Part shown: positions 19,295 through 29,661 of the stretch, piece after piece | Layout of the letters: each line of letters opens with the position of its first letter | Numbering within the stretch: position 1 is the stretch's first letter | IMG/VR virus record: IMGVR_UViG_3300046167_000227 | Location: 1-59,302 of that record | DNA: 59,302 nt | Source: a virus | Taxonomy: Duplodnaviria > Caudoviricetes | Strand: one strand, 5' to 3' | Program-made: the position numbers and the translations under genes | Notes under the pieces: model-generated | The model's input: the letters and a program-made list of their open reading frames with translations, nothing else | Databases searched by the model: none | What the model was told of the DNA's origin: nothing

Positions 19295-20218
19295 ATGGCA
19301 GAGACTTACCTAACAATAACAAATAAAGTAATAGCAAGGTTGAATGAGGTTGCATTAACTTCAGCGACCTTTTCTAGTGCTAGGGGTATACAAGTTCAAT
19401 GCCAAAACGCAGTTAATGAATCTATACGTTTTATTAATCAGCGAGAGTTTAACTATCCCTTTAATCATGCTACTGCTACTCAGACACTGACAGCAGGTGT
19501 GGTTAGGTATAGTTTACCTGCTTCTACTAAGACAGTAGATTACAATACATTTAGAATAGTCAAGGATAGTGACTTAGGTAATAGTGGGTATAAATTAAAT
19601 CTACTTGATTATAATGACTACATAAATAGAGTTATAAATCAAGAAGATGAAATAAATACTACAACAACTAGTACAATACACACAGATAGTGTAACAACTA
19701 TAACTGTAGCAAGCACTACAGGATTTGATAGTGCAGGTACAATAGTCATAGGTAATGAGACAATTACTTACACAGGAGTAACTAGTACTACATTTACAGG
19801 TTGTACAAGAGGTGCAAGTAGCACAACAGCTGCTTCAATAGCTAGTGGTATCACAGTAGCACAGTTTGACAGAGGTGGTGTTCCTGAATATGTAGTGAGA
19901 ACACCTGATAATAATTATCTTCTATACCCATTTCCAAATAAAGCATATGCAATAAAGTTTGATTACTACACATTCCCAAGTGACTTATCAGCACATGGAG
20001 ATACTACAACTATACCTGATAGATTTGCACCTGTAATTGTAGATGGTGCTACAGCATTTGTGTATCAGTATAGAGGTGAGACACAACAGTATCAACTTAA
20101 TATGCAGAGATTTGAACAAGGCATTAAGAATATGCAAACACTATTAGTAAATAAATTCTCATACCTACGTTCAACCTTTATAGCTAGAACAGGTAGTGCA
20201 GACATTAGGGCATTATAA
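19295..20218 (+). CDS. Head-tail adaptor (tail tubular protein A-like)
   Basis: N.VIARLNE, YPF, G.P...LYPFP motifs; position after capsid genes. Confidence 0.7.
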   Translation: MAETYLTITNKVIARLNEVALTSATFSSARGIQVQCQNAVNESIRFINQREFNYPFNHATATQTLTAGVVRYSLPASTKTVDYNTFRIVKDSDLGNSGYKLNLLDYNDYINRVINQEDEINTTTTSTIHTDSVTTITVASTTGFDSAGTIVIGNETITYTGVTSTTFTGCTRGASSTTAASIASGITVAQFDRGGVPEYVVRTPDNNYLLYPFPNKAYAIKFDYYTFPSDLSAHGDTTTIPDRFAPVIVDGATAFVYQYRGETQQYQLNMQRFEQGIKNMQTLLVNKFSYLRSTFIARTGSADIRAL

Positions 20219-21732
20219 TGGCAGACCAATCTCAAACAGTACCTTCAGCATTTACTTGTGAAGGTGGGTTAGTACTAAACAAATCTACCTTTATGATGCA
20301 ACCGGGTGAAGCATTAGAGTTAGAGAACTTTGAGCCTGACATAACAGGTGGCTACAGAAGAATAAATGGATATTCTAAGTATGTAACAGCAGTTGTACCA
20401 CAGACAGCATCTGCTACAGAAAAAGTACTTATGGTTGCAACCTTTGGTAGTGTCGTGTTAGCTGCTAGAGGTACTAGTATATATAGTGCAACTCCGGGTG
20501 GTTCATCGTGGACTAGCAGAGATAGTGGCAGAACAGGTGCTTTAAAGTATAGGTTTGAGAGATATAACTATGATAACACAGATAAGATTATAGTTGTTGA
20601 TGGTGCTAATGCACCGACTATATTTAACTCTTCCCTAGCAGCTTCAGATGTTTCAGAGTCTGCTGTTGCAGGAGCTAAACACGTAGCATCATTTAGAGAC
20701 CACATGTTTTATTCAGGCATGTCAGGTACTCCACAGGAATTAGTGTTTAGTAAACCGTTTGATGAAGATAACTTCTCTAGTGGTTCAGGTTCAGGCAGTA
20801 TCAAGGTTGATGATACCATAACAGGCATTAAAGTTTTCCGTGATAACTTGTTTGTGTTTTGTGAGAATAGAATCTTTAAATTAGCAGGTTCGTCTGTAAC
20901 TGACTTTGCGATGACCGACATAACAAGAGACATAGGATGTATCAACGGTGATACAATCCAAGAATTTGCAGGTGACCTTATATTCTTAGGTCCTGATGGT
21001 TTAAGAACCATTGCAGGTACAGCAAGAATTGGTGACGTGGAATTGGGAACTATAAGTTCTAATGTGCAGTCTATATTTAATGAGAATATAGCTAGTGCAT
21101 CAGAGTTTGACAGTATAGTTATACCTGATAAGACACAATATAGAATATTCTTTACTAAAAGTGGTACTGTAGATAATCAAACTAAAGGTATCATATGTTC
21201 ACTTAGAGGACAGAAGTTTGAGTTTGCAGAGATTAGAGGAATAAAACCTGCTAGTACTGACCACTTCGTAGATGACGGTGATGTTATTGTTTTACATGGT
21301 GGATACGCAGATGGTTTTATATATAGGCAAGAAGTAGGCAATACATTTAATGGTGTTAATATAGCAGGTAAATATAGAAGTCCTGACTTAACATTTAATG
21401 ACCCCGGAATAAGAAAGCATATGCAAAGGGTTATTATAAACTATAAGCCTGAAGCAGCAATAGATGCAGACTTATTTTTAAGATATGACTACGAGGATAA
21501 AGATGCACCGAGACCTGCAGCATATCCACTAGATTCAGAAGATGTTGTTGCTATATATGGTACATCAGTTTATGGAGTACCTACATATGGTGGAGCATCA
21601 CAACCTTTAGTTAGGCAAGCAGTAGAAGGTTCAGGATTTGCTGTTGCTTTAAGAGTTACGGATGGCACAGGAAGTGCACCTTATTCACTTAAAGGTTTTC
21701 AATTAGAATATCAACTAGGAGCTAGACGTTAA
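20218..21732 (+). CDS. Tail nozzle / stabilization protein (tubular B or P22 gp10-like)
   Basis: GGL..., beta-propeller-like repeats, IGC and LIFLGPDGLR motifs. Confidence 0.7.
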   Translation: MADQSQTVPSAFTCEGGLVLNKSTFMMQPGEALELENFEPDITGGYRRINGYSKYVTAVVPQTASATEKVLMVATFGSVVLAARGTSIYSATPGGSSWTSRDSGRTGALKYRFERYNYDNTDKIIVVDGANAPTIFNSSLAASDVSESAVAGAKHVASFRDHMFYSGMSGTPQELVFSKPFDEDNFSSGSGSGSIKVDDTITGIKVFRDNLFVFCENRIFKLAGSSVTDFAMTDITRDIGCINGDTIQEFAGDLIFLGPDGLRTIAGTARIGDVELGTISSNVQSIFNENIASASEFDSIVIPDKTQYRIFFTKSGTVDNQTKGIICSLRGQKFEFAEIRGIKPASTDHFVDDGDVIVLHGGYADGFIYRQEVGNTFNGVNIAGKYRSPDLTFNDPGIRKHMQRVIINYKPEAAIDADLFLRYDYEDKDAPRPAAYPLDSEDVVAIYGTSVYGVPTYGGASQPLVRQAVEGSGFAVALRVTDGTGSAPYSLKGFQLEYQLGARR

Positions 21733-24005
21733 TGGGAGCTACATATACAAGACAGTCCTCGTACACAGATGGAGACGTAATAACTGCTGCTCATACCAAT
21801 GATGAGTTTAATCAGATATTAGCTGCCTTTGCTGCAGGAACAGGACACACACATGATGGCACAGCAGGTGAAGGTGGTCCTATTACTAGCCTACTAGGTA
21901 ATACACTTAGCTTTGGTGATGGTTCAACAGATGCTGATATAGTCATTACATTTAATGCAAATGGCAATGACGGTGTAATGAAATGGATGGAAGACGAGGA
22001 TTATTTTGAATTTAGTGATGACATACTTATTGCTTCTACAGAGAAGTTACAATTCAGAGACACAGCTATATACATCAATTCAAGTACGGATGGACAACTT
22101 GACATTGTCGCAGACACAGAAGTACAAATAGCCACAACCACTGTTGACATAAATGGTGCAGTAGATATATCAGGCAACTTAACTGTAGGTGGCAGTGTTG
22201 TCATAGGTGGTAATACTTTATCTTCTACAGAACTACTATATTTAGATGGTGTAACAGCAGGTACAGTAACAGCAAGTAAAGCACTTGTAGTTGATAGCAA
22301 CAAAGATATATCAAGTCTACGTAACATTACATTGACAGGTGAGCTTGATGCAGGTTCATTGGATGTATCAGGTGATGCAGACATTGACGGTACATTAGAG
22401 ACAGATGCCTTATCTATAGATGGTACAGCCGTTAGTGCTACAGCAGCAGAACTCAACTACAATGACACAGGTGCATCTGTAGGTACAGTTGTTGCAAGTA
22501 AAACAGTTACAGTAGATGCAAATAAAGATGTATCCTCATTTAGAAATATAACTCTATCAGGTGAATTAGATGCAGGGTCACTAGACGTTAGTGGTGATGC
22601 AGATATAGATGGTACATTAGAAGCTGATGCTATTACAGTTAATGGTACAGCATTAGCTACAGTGATAGCAGGAACAACAGTTACAACAGCAACAAATGCA
22701 AATCATGTTAGTGTTGCTGATAATGAGAATACAAATGAAGAAAACTTAATACCATTCATAGAAGATGCTTCTGCAACAGGTAATGTTGGTTTAGAATCTG
22801 ATGGTGACTTTGCCTATAACCCAAGTACAGGTACAGTAAGTGCTACTATATTTAAAGGTAACATAGATGCTGTAGATGGTGACTTTGATGGAACACTAGA
22901 AGCAGATGCTATAACAGTCGGTGGAGTAGCTTTAGCTGAAGTTATATCAGATACAGCAGGAGCTATGTTCTCAGGTAATACTGAATCAGGTGTTACTGTT
23001 ACATATCAAGATGCTGACAATACAATAGATGTTGAAATAGATGCAGCACAGACAGGTATTACATCTTTACTTGCAACAGATATAAAGATTGGTGAAGATG
23101 ACGAAACAAAGATAGACTTTGAAACAGTCAACGAGATACACTTCTATGCTGCTAATGCTGAACAAGTATATGTAGCTGATGGTATCTTTGGTCCTCAAAC
23201 AGATAGTGATGTAGACTTAGGTAGTGATTCTGTACGTTGGAAAGATGCTTATATAGATACCGTTACTACGACAGGTGCAGTGACTGTGGGTGGCGATTTA
23301 ACAGTCAATGGTACTACCACTACCGTGAACAGTACAACAATTACTGTAGATGACCCTGTGTTCACTCTAGGGGGTGATACTGCTCCGGGGTCTGATGACA
23401 ACAAAGATAGAGGTATTGAGTTTAGATACCACACAGGTTCTGCAGCTAAAGTAGGTTTCTTTGGATTTGATGACAGTGCAGGTAAGTTTACATTCATACC
23501 TGATGCAACTAATTCCTCAGAAGTATTCTCAGGTACAGCAGGTACAATCGTAGCTAATGTTGAAGGTGCAGTCACAGGTGATGTGACAGGTAACGTGAGT
23601 GGTACAGCTGCTACAGTTACAGGTGCAGCTCAATCTAACATAACATCATTAGGCACACTAACTACATTAACAGTAGACAATGTCATAGTTAATGGCACGA
23701 CAATAGGTCACACAGATGATACAGACCTAATTACACTAGCTGATGGTGTTGTCACAGTAGCAGGTGAAGTCTCTATGACTACACTTGATATAGGTGGTAC
23801 TAATGTAGGTTCTACTGCAGCAGAATTAAACTTACTAGATGGTTCAGCTAAATCTACATCGTCTATTACAGTGGATGATGCAGATGCTTTCATAGTAATA
23901 GATGGAACAACTACAAAGCAGATACCTGCTTCTGACTTAAAAACATATGCCGCAGGAAGCTCGGCAAGTAAAGGCTTTGCTACAGCTATGGCAATAGCAT
24001 TATAA
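21732..24005 (+). CDS. Tail fibre protein
   Basis: N-terminal anchor (NDEFNQI..HTHDG), internal LDAGSLDVSGDADIDGTLE repeats, DRGIEF, SNITSLGTL. Confidence 0.85.
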   Translation: MGATYTRQSSYTDGDVITAAHTNDEFNQILAAFAAGTGHTHDGTAGEGGPITSLLGNTLSFGDGSTDADIVITFNANGNDGVMKWMEDEDYFEFSDDILIASTEKLQFRDTAIYINSSTDGQLDIVADTEVQIATTTVDINGAVDISGNLTVGGSVVIGGNTLSSTELLYLDGVTAGTVTASKALVVDSNKDISSLRNITLTGELDAGSLDVSGDADIDGTLETDALSIDGTAVSATAAELNYNDTGASVGTVVASKTVTVDANKDVSSFRNITLSGELDAGSLDVSGDADIDGTLEADAITVNGTALATVIAGTTVTTATNANHVSVADNENTNEENLIPFIEDASATGNVGLESDGDFAYNPSTGTVSATIFKGNIDAVDGDFDGTLEADAITVGGVALAEVISDTAGAMFSGNTESGVTVTYQDADNTIDVEIDAAQTGITSLLATDIKIGEDDETKIDFETVNEIHFYAANAEQVYVADGIFGPQTDSDVDLGSDSVRWKDAYIDTVTTTGAVTVGGDLTVNGTTTTVNSTTITVDDPVFTLGGDTAPGSDDNKDRGIEFRYHTGSAAKVGFFGFDDSAGKFTFIPDATNSSEVFSGTAGTIVANVEGAVTGDVTGNVSGTAATVTGAAQSNITSLGTLTTLTVDNVIVNGTTIGHTDDTDLITLADGVVTVAGEVSMTTLDIGGTNVGSTAAELNLLDGSAKSTSSITVDDADAFIVIDGTTTKQIPASDLKTYAAGSSASKGFATAMAIAL

Positions 24006-24016
24006 TCAGATTTTAC

Positions 24017-24045
24017 TTGACAAATAAGGCAATACCGAGTATAAT
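24017..24045 (+). promoter_or_regulatory. Sigma70-type promoter for the tail-module array
   Basis: Perfect TTGACA (24017)-N17-TATAAT (24040). Confidence 0.8.
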
Positions 24046-24064
24046 TATATAAAAGGAAAAAGAA

Positions 24065-24400
24065 ATGGCACAAGACTTTGAAAGAACCCTTACAGCTAAC
24101 ATAGATACTGCTCTTGCAGATATAAGAGCTACATCAAACAGTGATGATGCAATAGTTGGTATAAGGATGGCTAACATACATACATCACAGATAACTGTAG
24201 ACGTAGCTATTACTGACAATAGTAATAACGTAACAGCTTACCTAATTAAATCTGCACCTATACCTGTTGGTGGTGCTTTAGAATTAATAGATGGTGGTTC
24301 AAAGATAATATTACAATCAGGTGATAAACTAAGAGCAAAGTCAAGTGTAACAAATTCACTTGATGTTGTTGTCTCAGCAGTTGATACTATTAGTGAATAG
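24065..24400 (+). CDS. Small tail-associated beta protein
   Basis: IPVGGALE...KIILQSGDKL pattern; follows tail fibre. Confidence 0.6.
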   Translation: MAQDFERTLTANIDTALADIRATSNSDDAIVGIRMANIHTSQITVDVAITDNSNNVTAYLIKSAPIPVGGALELIDGGSKIILQSGDKLRAKSSVTNSLDVVVSAVDTISE

Positions 24401-24408
24401 GAGATAGA

Positions 24409-24858
24409 ATGGCATACTTAGGAAATGTAGTACCTGCTAACTTCCAAGCACCACCTGCTGTCGTAAGATTTAATGGTGATGGTTCTGATACAACCTTTGC
24501 ACTTGGAAGAACAGTAGGTTCAGTACAAGAGATACTTGTAAGTGTTGATGGTGTTGTGCAAGATAGTGCAGCTTACACTGTACCTGATGGCTCAACATTA
24601 ACATTTAGTGCAGCACCCTCAAGTGGTACAGGCAATATCTTTGTATACTTTCTTGAGTTATCAGCAGGTAGTGTAACACCTTCAGCAGAGTTCAAGGGTA
24701 ACTTCAAAGGTGGTGGTTTGTTTAGAACTAATGCACAGACTTTAACTGCTGACACAACAATACTAGCCACAGAAAACGCACAAGTTACTGGAACATTTAC
24801 AGTAGATAGTGGTGTGACATTGACAGTGAATAGTGGTGGAAGGTTGGTGATATCGTGA
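24409..24858 (+). CDS. Tail module, MAYxG family copy 1
   Basis: GDGSDTTF..VSVDGVVQ..Y..TLTF..AP; paralogue of 27901. Confidence 0.65.
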   Translation: MAYLGNVVPANFQAPPAVVRFNGDGSDTTFALGRTVGSVQEILVSVDGVVQDSAAYTVPDGSTLTFSAAPSSGTGNIFVYFLELSAGSVTPSAEFKGNFKGGGLFRTNAQTLTADTTILATENAQVTGTFTVDSGVTLTVNSGGRLVIS

Positions 24859-25406
24859 GTACAATCAAAGTAGATACAATTACGGATACAAGTGGCAACA
24901 GTATTCCTTACATGAAGGGTGCTGTGTTACAAGTTCAATATACACAATACACTGGAACATTTTCACAAAGTTTAAGTGCTAATACAAGTACGATTTTAGG
25001 TAGTTCAGTTTTGACACTTAATATTACACCTAAAAGCACATCATCTATAATTAAATTAGATTGTCATGTATTCCATGAGTGGTCAAATCAAGCATATGCA
25101 ACTGAAGCTGTTTGGTTTTTTTATAGAGATTCAACTTTATTAAGAGCACCTACTGAAGGTAACAGAGCCTGTGGTATATCTATGTCAAGATTATCACATC
25201 ATACTGATGATGCTACTAGCACACCTGAAATGGTTTACTATACTTATTTTGATGCTCCTTCAACCACTAGTCAAATAACTTATAAAGTAGGAGTTCGTGT
25301 TTATGCTGGTAGCACTCTTCATGTTAATAAGACAGTTAATGATACTAACAACACTCAAGCAGAGAGAGGTATTAGTTTTATCTCAGCAACTGAGATAGGA
25401 GGATAG
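24855..25406 (+). CDS. Tail module, VLQV family copy 1
   Basis: GAVLQV, ITPKSTSS, DAPSTT..TY; paralogue of 27131. Confidence 0.65.
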   Translation: MSTIKVDTITDTSGNSIPYMKGAVLQVQYTQYTGTFSQSLSANTSTILGSSVLTLNITPKSTSSIIKLDCHVFHEWSNQAYATEAVWFFYRDSTLLRAPTEGNRACGISMSRLSHHTDDATSTPEMVYYTYFDAPSTTSQITYKVGVRVYAGSTLHVNKTVNDTNNTQAERGISFISATEIGG

Positions 25407-25407
25407 C

Positions 25408-25845
25408 ATGAGTACAGTAATATTAGACACAATCACAGGCAAGTCCACTGCAACAACCATAACTATTGGCTCAACACCTGTAATTAGTACAAGTGCAAAC
25501 TCTATGACTATTAGAGGTGAAGGTACTGCACATACAAGTATTCAACAAGGGTTGGCAAAAACTCTGGTTAGATTTAATCAAACTGGAACACCCTCTATAA
25601 ATGCTAGTTTTAATATTGCTAGTATTGTTGATGGCGGCACTGGTGATACAACTCTTACAATAACGAATGATTATGCTAATGTAAATTATACTATTAATGC
25701 TCAAAATGATGATAACGCTGTTACTACTCAGATAGTACAAGCAGATGTTTTTGTTGGCTCTTATAGACAAAGAACAGTAGATGGAAATAATTCCTTAGTA
25801 GATGCTCCAATAAATTATACTATAACACATGGAGACCTCGCATAA
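25408..25845 (+). CDS. Tail module, GDLA family copy 1
   Basis: SFNIASIVDGGTG; ends GDLA. Confidence 0.7.
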   Translation: MSTVILDTITGKSTATTITIGSTPVISTSANSMTIRGEGTAHTSIQQGLAKTLVRFNQTGTPSINASFNIASIVDGGTGDTTLTITNDYANVNYTINAQNDDNAVTTQIVQADVFVGSYRQRTVDGNNSLVDAPINYTITHGDLA

Positions 25846-26249
25846 TGGCAAACGGAACAATAGCATTTGATACATTATCAACAAGTGGACAGATAACAGG
25901 CACAGCTAAGTCTTTGGATACAGATTATGTTGTGAATGGTAGTGCGAAGGCATGGGCTTTTATCACTCAGTCAGATGCAACTATAGAGTCTAGTTTTAAT
26001 GTTACTTCTGCTACTGATGGTGGCACAGGATTAACTTCTATTACACTTACAAATGCTTTTTCTTCTGCAAACATAAGTGGTACTTTTGGTCATGGAAATA
26101 AATCAACTAGCAATCCCGGTCAGAATTTACAAGTTATGTGTGGAACTGATGCTAGTAATACTTATGGAATAGAAGTGGAAAGAAGTGATACTAGTGCTAA
26201 TGCTGATGCAGCTGCAATATCATTACATTTGATGGGAGACTTAGCATGA
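25845..26249 (+). CDS. Tail module, GDLA family copy 2
   Basis: AKAW..SFNVTSATDGGTG; ends GDLA. Confidence 0.7.
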   Translation: MANGTIAFDTLSTSGQITGTAKSLDTDYVVNGSAKAWAFITQSDATIESSFNVTSATDGGTGLTSITLTNAFSSANISGTFGHGNKSTSNPGQNLQVMCGTDASNTYGIEVERSDTSANADAAAISLHLMGDLA

Positions 26250-26737
26250 CAATAACCACACCAGAATTTCAAGGCACACATCTTTGGGATAGACTGTGTT
26301 GGGCAAAAGAAAAGCTAGAGCCACACAGAACAGAATACTGTGTCGTATGGGAAGACCCAGAGACACCAGATGAACCTGCAAAGATTACACATCCTGACCC
26401 AAATTGGATGGCTTGTGCATTGCAAGGTGGCATACTTCCCCCTGTAGAAGCCTATTGGGAACTCAAGAAGGATGAAGAAAAGCCTGACTTTGTAAAGCAT
26501 ACAAGAGGTTACTTGTTACACAACACTAAACCTATTGAAGCTATGACAGAAGAAAGGGCAATAGAATATCTTATTATGAAGGACCTACCGAGACATGTAT
26601 GGCAAGACTATGACAAAGCCAACAAACCTCGTATGCTCATTTGTACTAAGTCACAGTTACCAAGCACTAGAGTGTGGCGAAATGCTTGGAAGATTAATGA
26701 AGACATAAACACCACGCATAATGAAGAAGCTGCTTAA
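26246..26737 (+). CDS. Putative tail-fibre assembly protein
   Basis: KDLP...LPS.R.WRNAW motif; within fibre array. Confidence 0.5.
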   Translation: MTITTPEFQGTHLWDRLCWAKEKLEPHRTEYCVVWEDPETPDEPAKITHPDPNWMACALQGGILPPVEAYWELKKDEEKPDFVKHTRGYLLHNTKPIEAMTEERAIEYLIMKDLPRHVWQDYDKANKPRMLICTKSQLPSTRVWRNAWKINEDINTTHNEEAA

Positions 26738-26748
26738 AGGAGAAACCA

Positions 26749-27120
26749 ATGGCAACAACTAACATCGTAGACAAAGATGGTAACAGTATATCTGCTTCAG
26801 ATGCTACTGTTCCTTCAGACAGGCACTTCAGAGGTGCATGGTCATTATCAGGTACAACCATAACAGAAGATTTGGCTGTAGCTAAAACTATATTCAAGGA
26901 TAAAGTAAGGGAAGCAAGAGGTCCTCTACTTGATGCTGAAGATGTAATCTATATGAAAGCATTAGAAGCTGATGATGCAGATGCAAAGACTGCAAGTGTA
27001 GCAAAGAAGAAAGCATTAAGAGATGCTCCTGCTGCAAGTGCAATATCAAGTGCAGACACTATAGCTAAACTTAAAGCTGCTTGGGATACAAGCACATTAG
27101 GTGACAGTCCATACGCATAA
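26749..27120 (+). CDS. Putative tail-fibre chaperone
   Basis: R.AR.PLL...D...KKALRDAP motif typical of Tfa-like chaperones. Confidence 0.6.
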   Translation: MATTNIVDKDGNSISASDATVPSDRHFRGAWSLSGTTITEDLAVAKTIFKDKVREARGPLLDAEDVIYMKALEADDADAKTASVAKKKALRDAPAASAISSADTIAKLKAAWDTSTLGDSPYA

Positions 27121-27130
27121 GGAGTAGTTA

Positions 27131-27628
27131 ATGGCTTTAACAAAAGTAACAGGCAGTGGGATTGGAACTGTAACCAATCAGTTTGCTGATGCTAATATGT
27201 CGGCAGGAAGTGTGTTGCAAGTATTACAAGCCACATCTTCAACACAAGTAAACATGAACAGTACTAGCTATGCCACAACTGGTTTAACACTTGCTATAAC
27301 ACCAAGTTCAACTTCATCTAAAATATTGATTAACTTTAATACTTGTACTTACAATAATGCTACAACCACATTTGGTGTTTTTGATATATTTAGAGGAACA
27401 GTAAGTGGAACTAGTTTAAGTGGTGGAGCAAATTATGGGTTGGCACAAAATTTTTCTGCTGATGGTGCTATATTAACAACTGTAAATGGTATGGTTTTAG
27501 ATTCTCCTAATACAACAAATGCAACTACATATACAGTAGGTATGAAAAGAGCAGGTACTTCTGCTGTTGTATCTGCTCAAGAAAACAATTCTTTAGGAAC
27601 AATTACACTTATAGAGGTTGGAGCATGA
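27131..27628 (+). CDS. Tail module, VLQV family copy 2
   Basis: GSVLQV, ITPSSTSSKI, DSPNTT..TY. Confidence 0.65.
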   Translation: MALTKVTGSGIGTVTNQFADANMSAGSVLQVLQATSSTQVNMNSTSYATTGLTLAITPSSTSSKILINFNTCTYNNATTTFGVFDIFRGTVSGTSLSGGANYGLAQNFSADGAILTTVNGMVLDSPNTTNATTYTVGMKRAGTSAVVSAQENNSLGTITLIEVGA

Positions 27629-27897
27629 TAGGCGAAGCAATATTAAAAATTAATCCAAATGCCATATATGTTATCAGAGGTAACGATATTGATACTTGTG
27701 AAATAGAATGGTTAGAAGGCACAGCAGAAATATCTAGAGCCGATATAAAAGCTAAAATGACATCAATGGAATATATACCAAAAAGAAAATTAGAATATCC
27801 ATCAATGGCAGACCAACTAGATGACATATATCACAATGGTATAGATGCTTGGAAAGCTACCATTAAAGCTGTTAAAGATAAGTACCCAAAGGAGTAA
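27625..27897 (+). CDS. Putative tail-fibre chaperone
   Basis: R..EYPS..DQLD..YH...VKDKYPK. Confidence 0.55.
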   Translation: MIGEAILKINPNAIYVIRGNDIDTCEIEWLEGTAEISRADIKAKMTSMEYIPKRKLEYPSMADQLDDIYHNGIDAWKATIKAVKDKYPKE

Positions 27898-27900
27898 CGA

Positions 27901-28359
27901 ATGGCATACATAGGCAAATCTCCTTCACAGGGAGTACGTAACAGATTCCAATACCAAGCTACGGCAGGGCAAACATCTTTCAGTGGTTCTGATGCAAACT
28001 CATTAACACTTACCTACACAGATAGTTTGTACCTAGACGTATATCAGAATGGTATATTGCTTGTTCCGGGAGATGACTACACAGCAACTACAGGTACAAC
28101 TGTGGTGCTTGTACAAGGTGCATCACTTAATGACATCATTGAGATGGTAGCCTATGATGTGTTCTCAGTTAACGAGACATACACTAAGACTGAATCAGAT
28201 AACAGATACCCATTCAAAGGTAACAACTCAATCATCAGATTAAATGGACAGACAATAAGTGCAGATATTACAATAGATAGTGATGAGAATGGTGTATCAG
28301 GTGGTCCTATAACGCAAAGTGCAACAGTCACTGTTAATGGATATTGGAGTATAGTATGA
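27901..28359 (+). CDS. Tail module, MAYxG family copy 2
   Basis: ATAGQTSF, DVYQNGILL..DYTAT.GT.V.L. Confidence 0.65.
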   Translation: MAYIGKSPSQGVRNRFQYQATAGQTSFSGSDANSLTLTYTDSLYLDVYQNGILLVPGDDYTATTGTTVVLVQGASLNDIIEMVAYDVFSVNETYTKTESDNRYPFKGNNSIIRLNGQTISADITIDSDENGVSGGPITQSATVTVNGYWSIV

Positions 28360-28793
28360 CAAGTCAATTAAATGTAGACACCATTGTAGATAAAGCAGGG
28401 TCAGGTGGCACGAATGTAAAGATAGGTAATACCTCAACGTATGTATCTGATGGTGGTGCAGTTACGCAGAATACTGTGCAAAGTTTAGCAAAGTCTTGGG
28501 TTAACTGGAATGGTCAAGGCACTGTTGCTGTACAAGACAGTATAAATCATAGTAGTCTTACGGACAATGGAACAGGTGATTATACAATCACAATAGCATC
28601 TGCTATGAGTAATGCAAATTATTGTAGACTAGGAATGTGTGGAATGGCTGCTAACAGTCAAGAATGTTTAAGTCAAGCTCAAGCTAGTTACGTTGCAACA
28701 ACCACTCAAGGTAGATACGTTGCAGCTTACGCCAACACTTCAAACGAAGATGTTCCGTACGCAGGTGTTTCTTTACTTGGAGACTTAGCATAA
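28356..28793 (+). CDS. Tail module, GDLA family copy 3
   Basis: AKSW..DSINHSSLTDNGTG; ends GDLA. Confidence 0.7.
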   Translation: MTSQLNVDTIVDKAGSGGTNVKIGNTSTYVSDGGAVTQNTVQSLAKSWVNWNGQGTVAVQDSINHSSLTDNGTGDYTITIASAMSNANYCRLGMCGMAANSQECLSQAQASYVATTTQGRYVAAYANTSNEDVPYAGVSLLGDLA

Positions 28794-29242
28794 TGGCATC
28801 ACAATTAAAAGTAGATACACTCACAGGTGTAACCACAGCAGGTAGCATAGTCGTTACAGGTGAAGGCAATAGTACAACAACTAATCTGCAACAAGGGTTA
28901 GGTAAGTGTTGGATAAATGCTAAGATTATAAGCACTTATGCCACAAGAGATAGTTTTAACTGTTCTGTTACAACCGACCACGGAGCAGGAGAGGTAACTT
29001 ATACTTACACAAATAATTTTTCTAACAATGATTATGTCATATCACATATGAGTAAACAAACGGGTGCTAATGTAGGGGGAATTGGTTTTCCTGCAGTAAG
29101 TTCTGGTGGGTCTGATGCAGATGATGCAGAAAATGCAATGACAACATCAACTTGTAGATGGCAATATAGAAATCAAGATTCAAGCCCTGCTTTTAGAGAC
29201 CAAGAGATTGCAGGTCATATTTGGATGGGAGACCTCGCATAA
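28793..29242 (+). CDS. Tail module, GDLA family copy 4
   Basis: GKCW..DSFNCSVTTDHGAG; ends GDLA. Confidence 0.7.
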   Translation: MASQLKVDTLTGVTTAGSIVVTGEGNSTTTNLQQGLGKCWINAKIISTYATRDSFNCSVTTDHGAGEVTYTYTNNFSNNDYVISHMSKQTGANVGGIGFPAVSSGGSDADDAENAMTTSTCRWQYRNQDSSPAFRDQEIAGHIWMGDLA

Positions 29243-29661
29243 TGGCTAGTATATTAAGAGTAAACACATTAACAGATGCAAGTAGTAATAATTCTACTGC
29301 AATGAGTACAATCAATCAGGGTACAGCAAAGTCTTGGCTTAACTTTAATGGCAGAGGAACTATTGCTGCTCGTGATAGCTTTAATCACAGTAGTTTAACA
29401 GATGTTTCGGCAGGTAATTATACAGTTACTATGGCTAGTGCTATGGGTAATGTAAATTATTCTTTTAGTGGTAATGCAGCAGAAAATAACGCATCATCGG
29501 CAAGTAGAGTAATTAATTTTGGTAGTAATTTTGATTCGGATACTCTTGACCCTAATTTCACTACTACTGCTTTTTCTGTAAATGGATTTTTCTGTAATTC
29601 TGATGGTCAAGAATTTGATATTACTTTTATAACTACACAAATATTTGGAGACTTAGCATGA
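29242..29661 (+). CDS. Tail module, GDLA family copy 5
   Basis: AKSW..DSFNHSSLTDVSAG; ends GDLA. Confidence 0.7.
   Translation: MASILRVNTLTDASSNNSTAMSTINQGTAKSWLNFNGRGTIAARDSFNHSSLTDVSAGNYTVTMASAMGNVNYSFSGNAAENNASSASRVINFGSNFDSDTLDPNFTTTAFSVNGFFCNSDGQEFDITFITTQIFGDLA

Noticed and set aside
25831-29661. GGAGACYTMGCAT repeats as a CRISPR array or attC sites
   Set aside because: Repeats are coding, about 15 bp, hundreds of bases apart and not palindromic.
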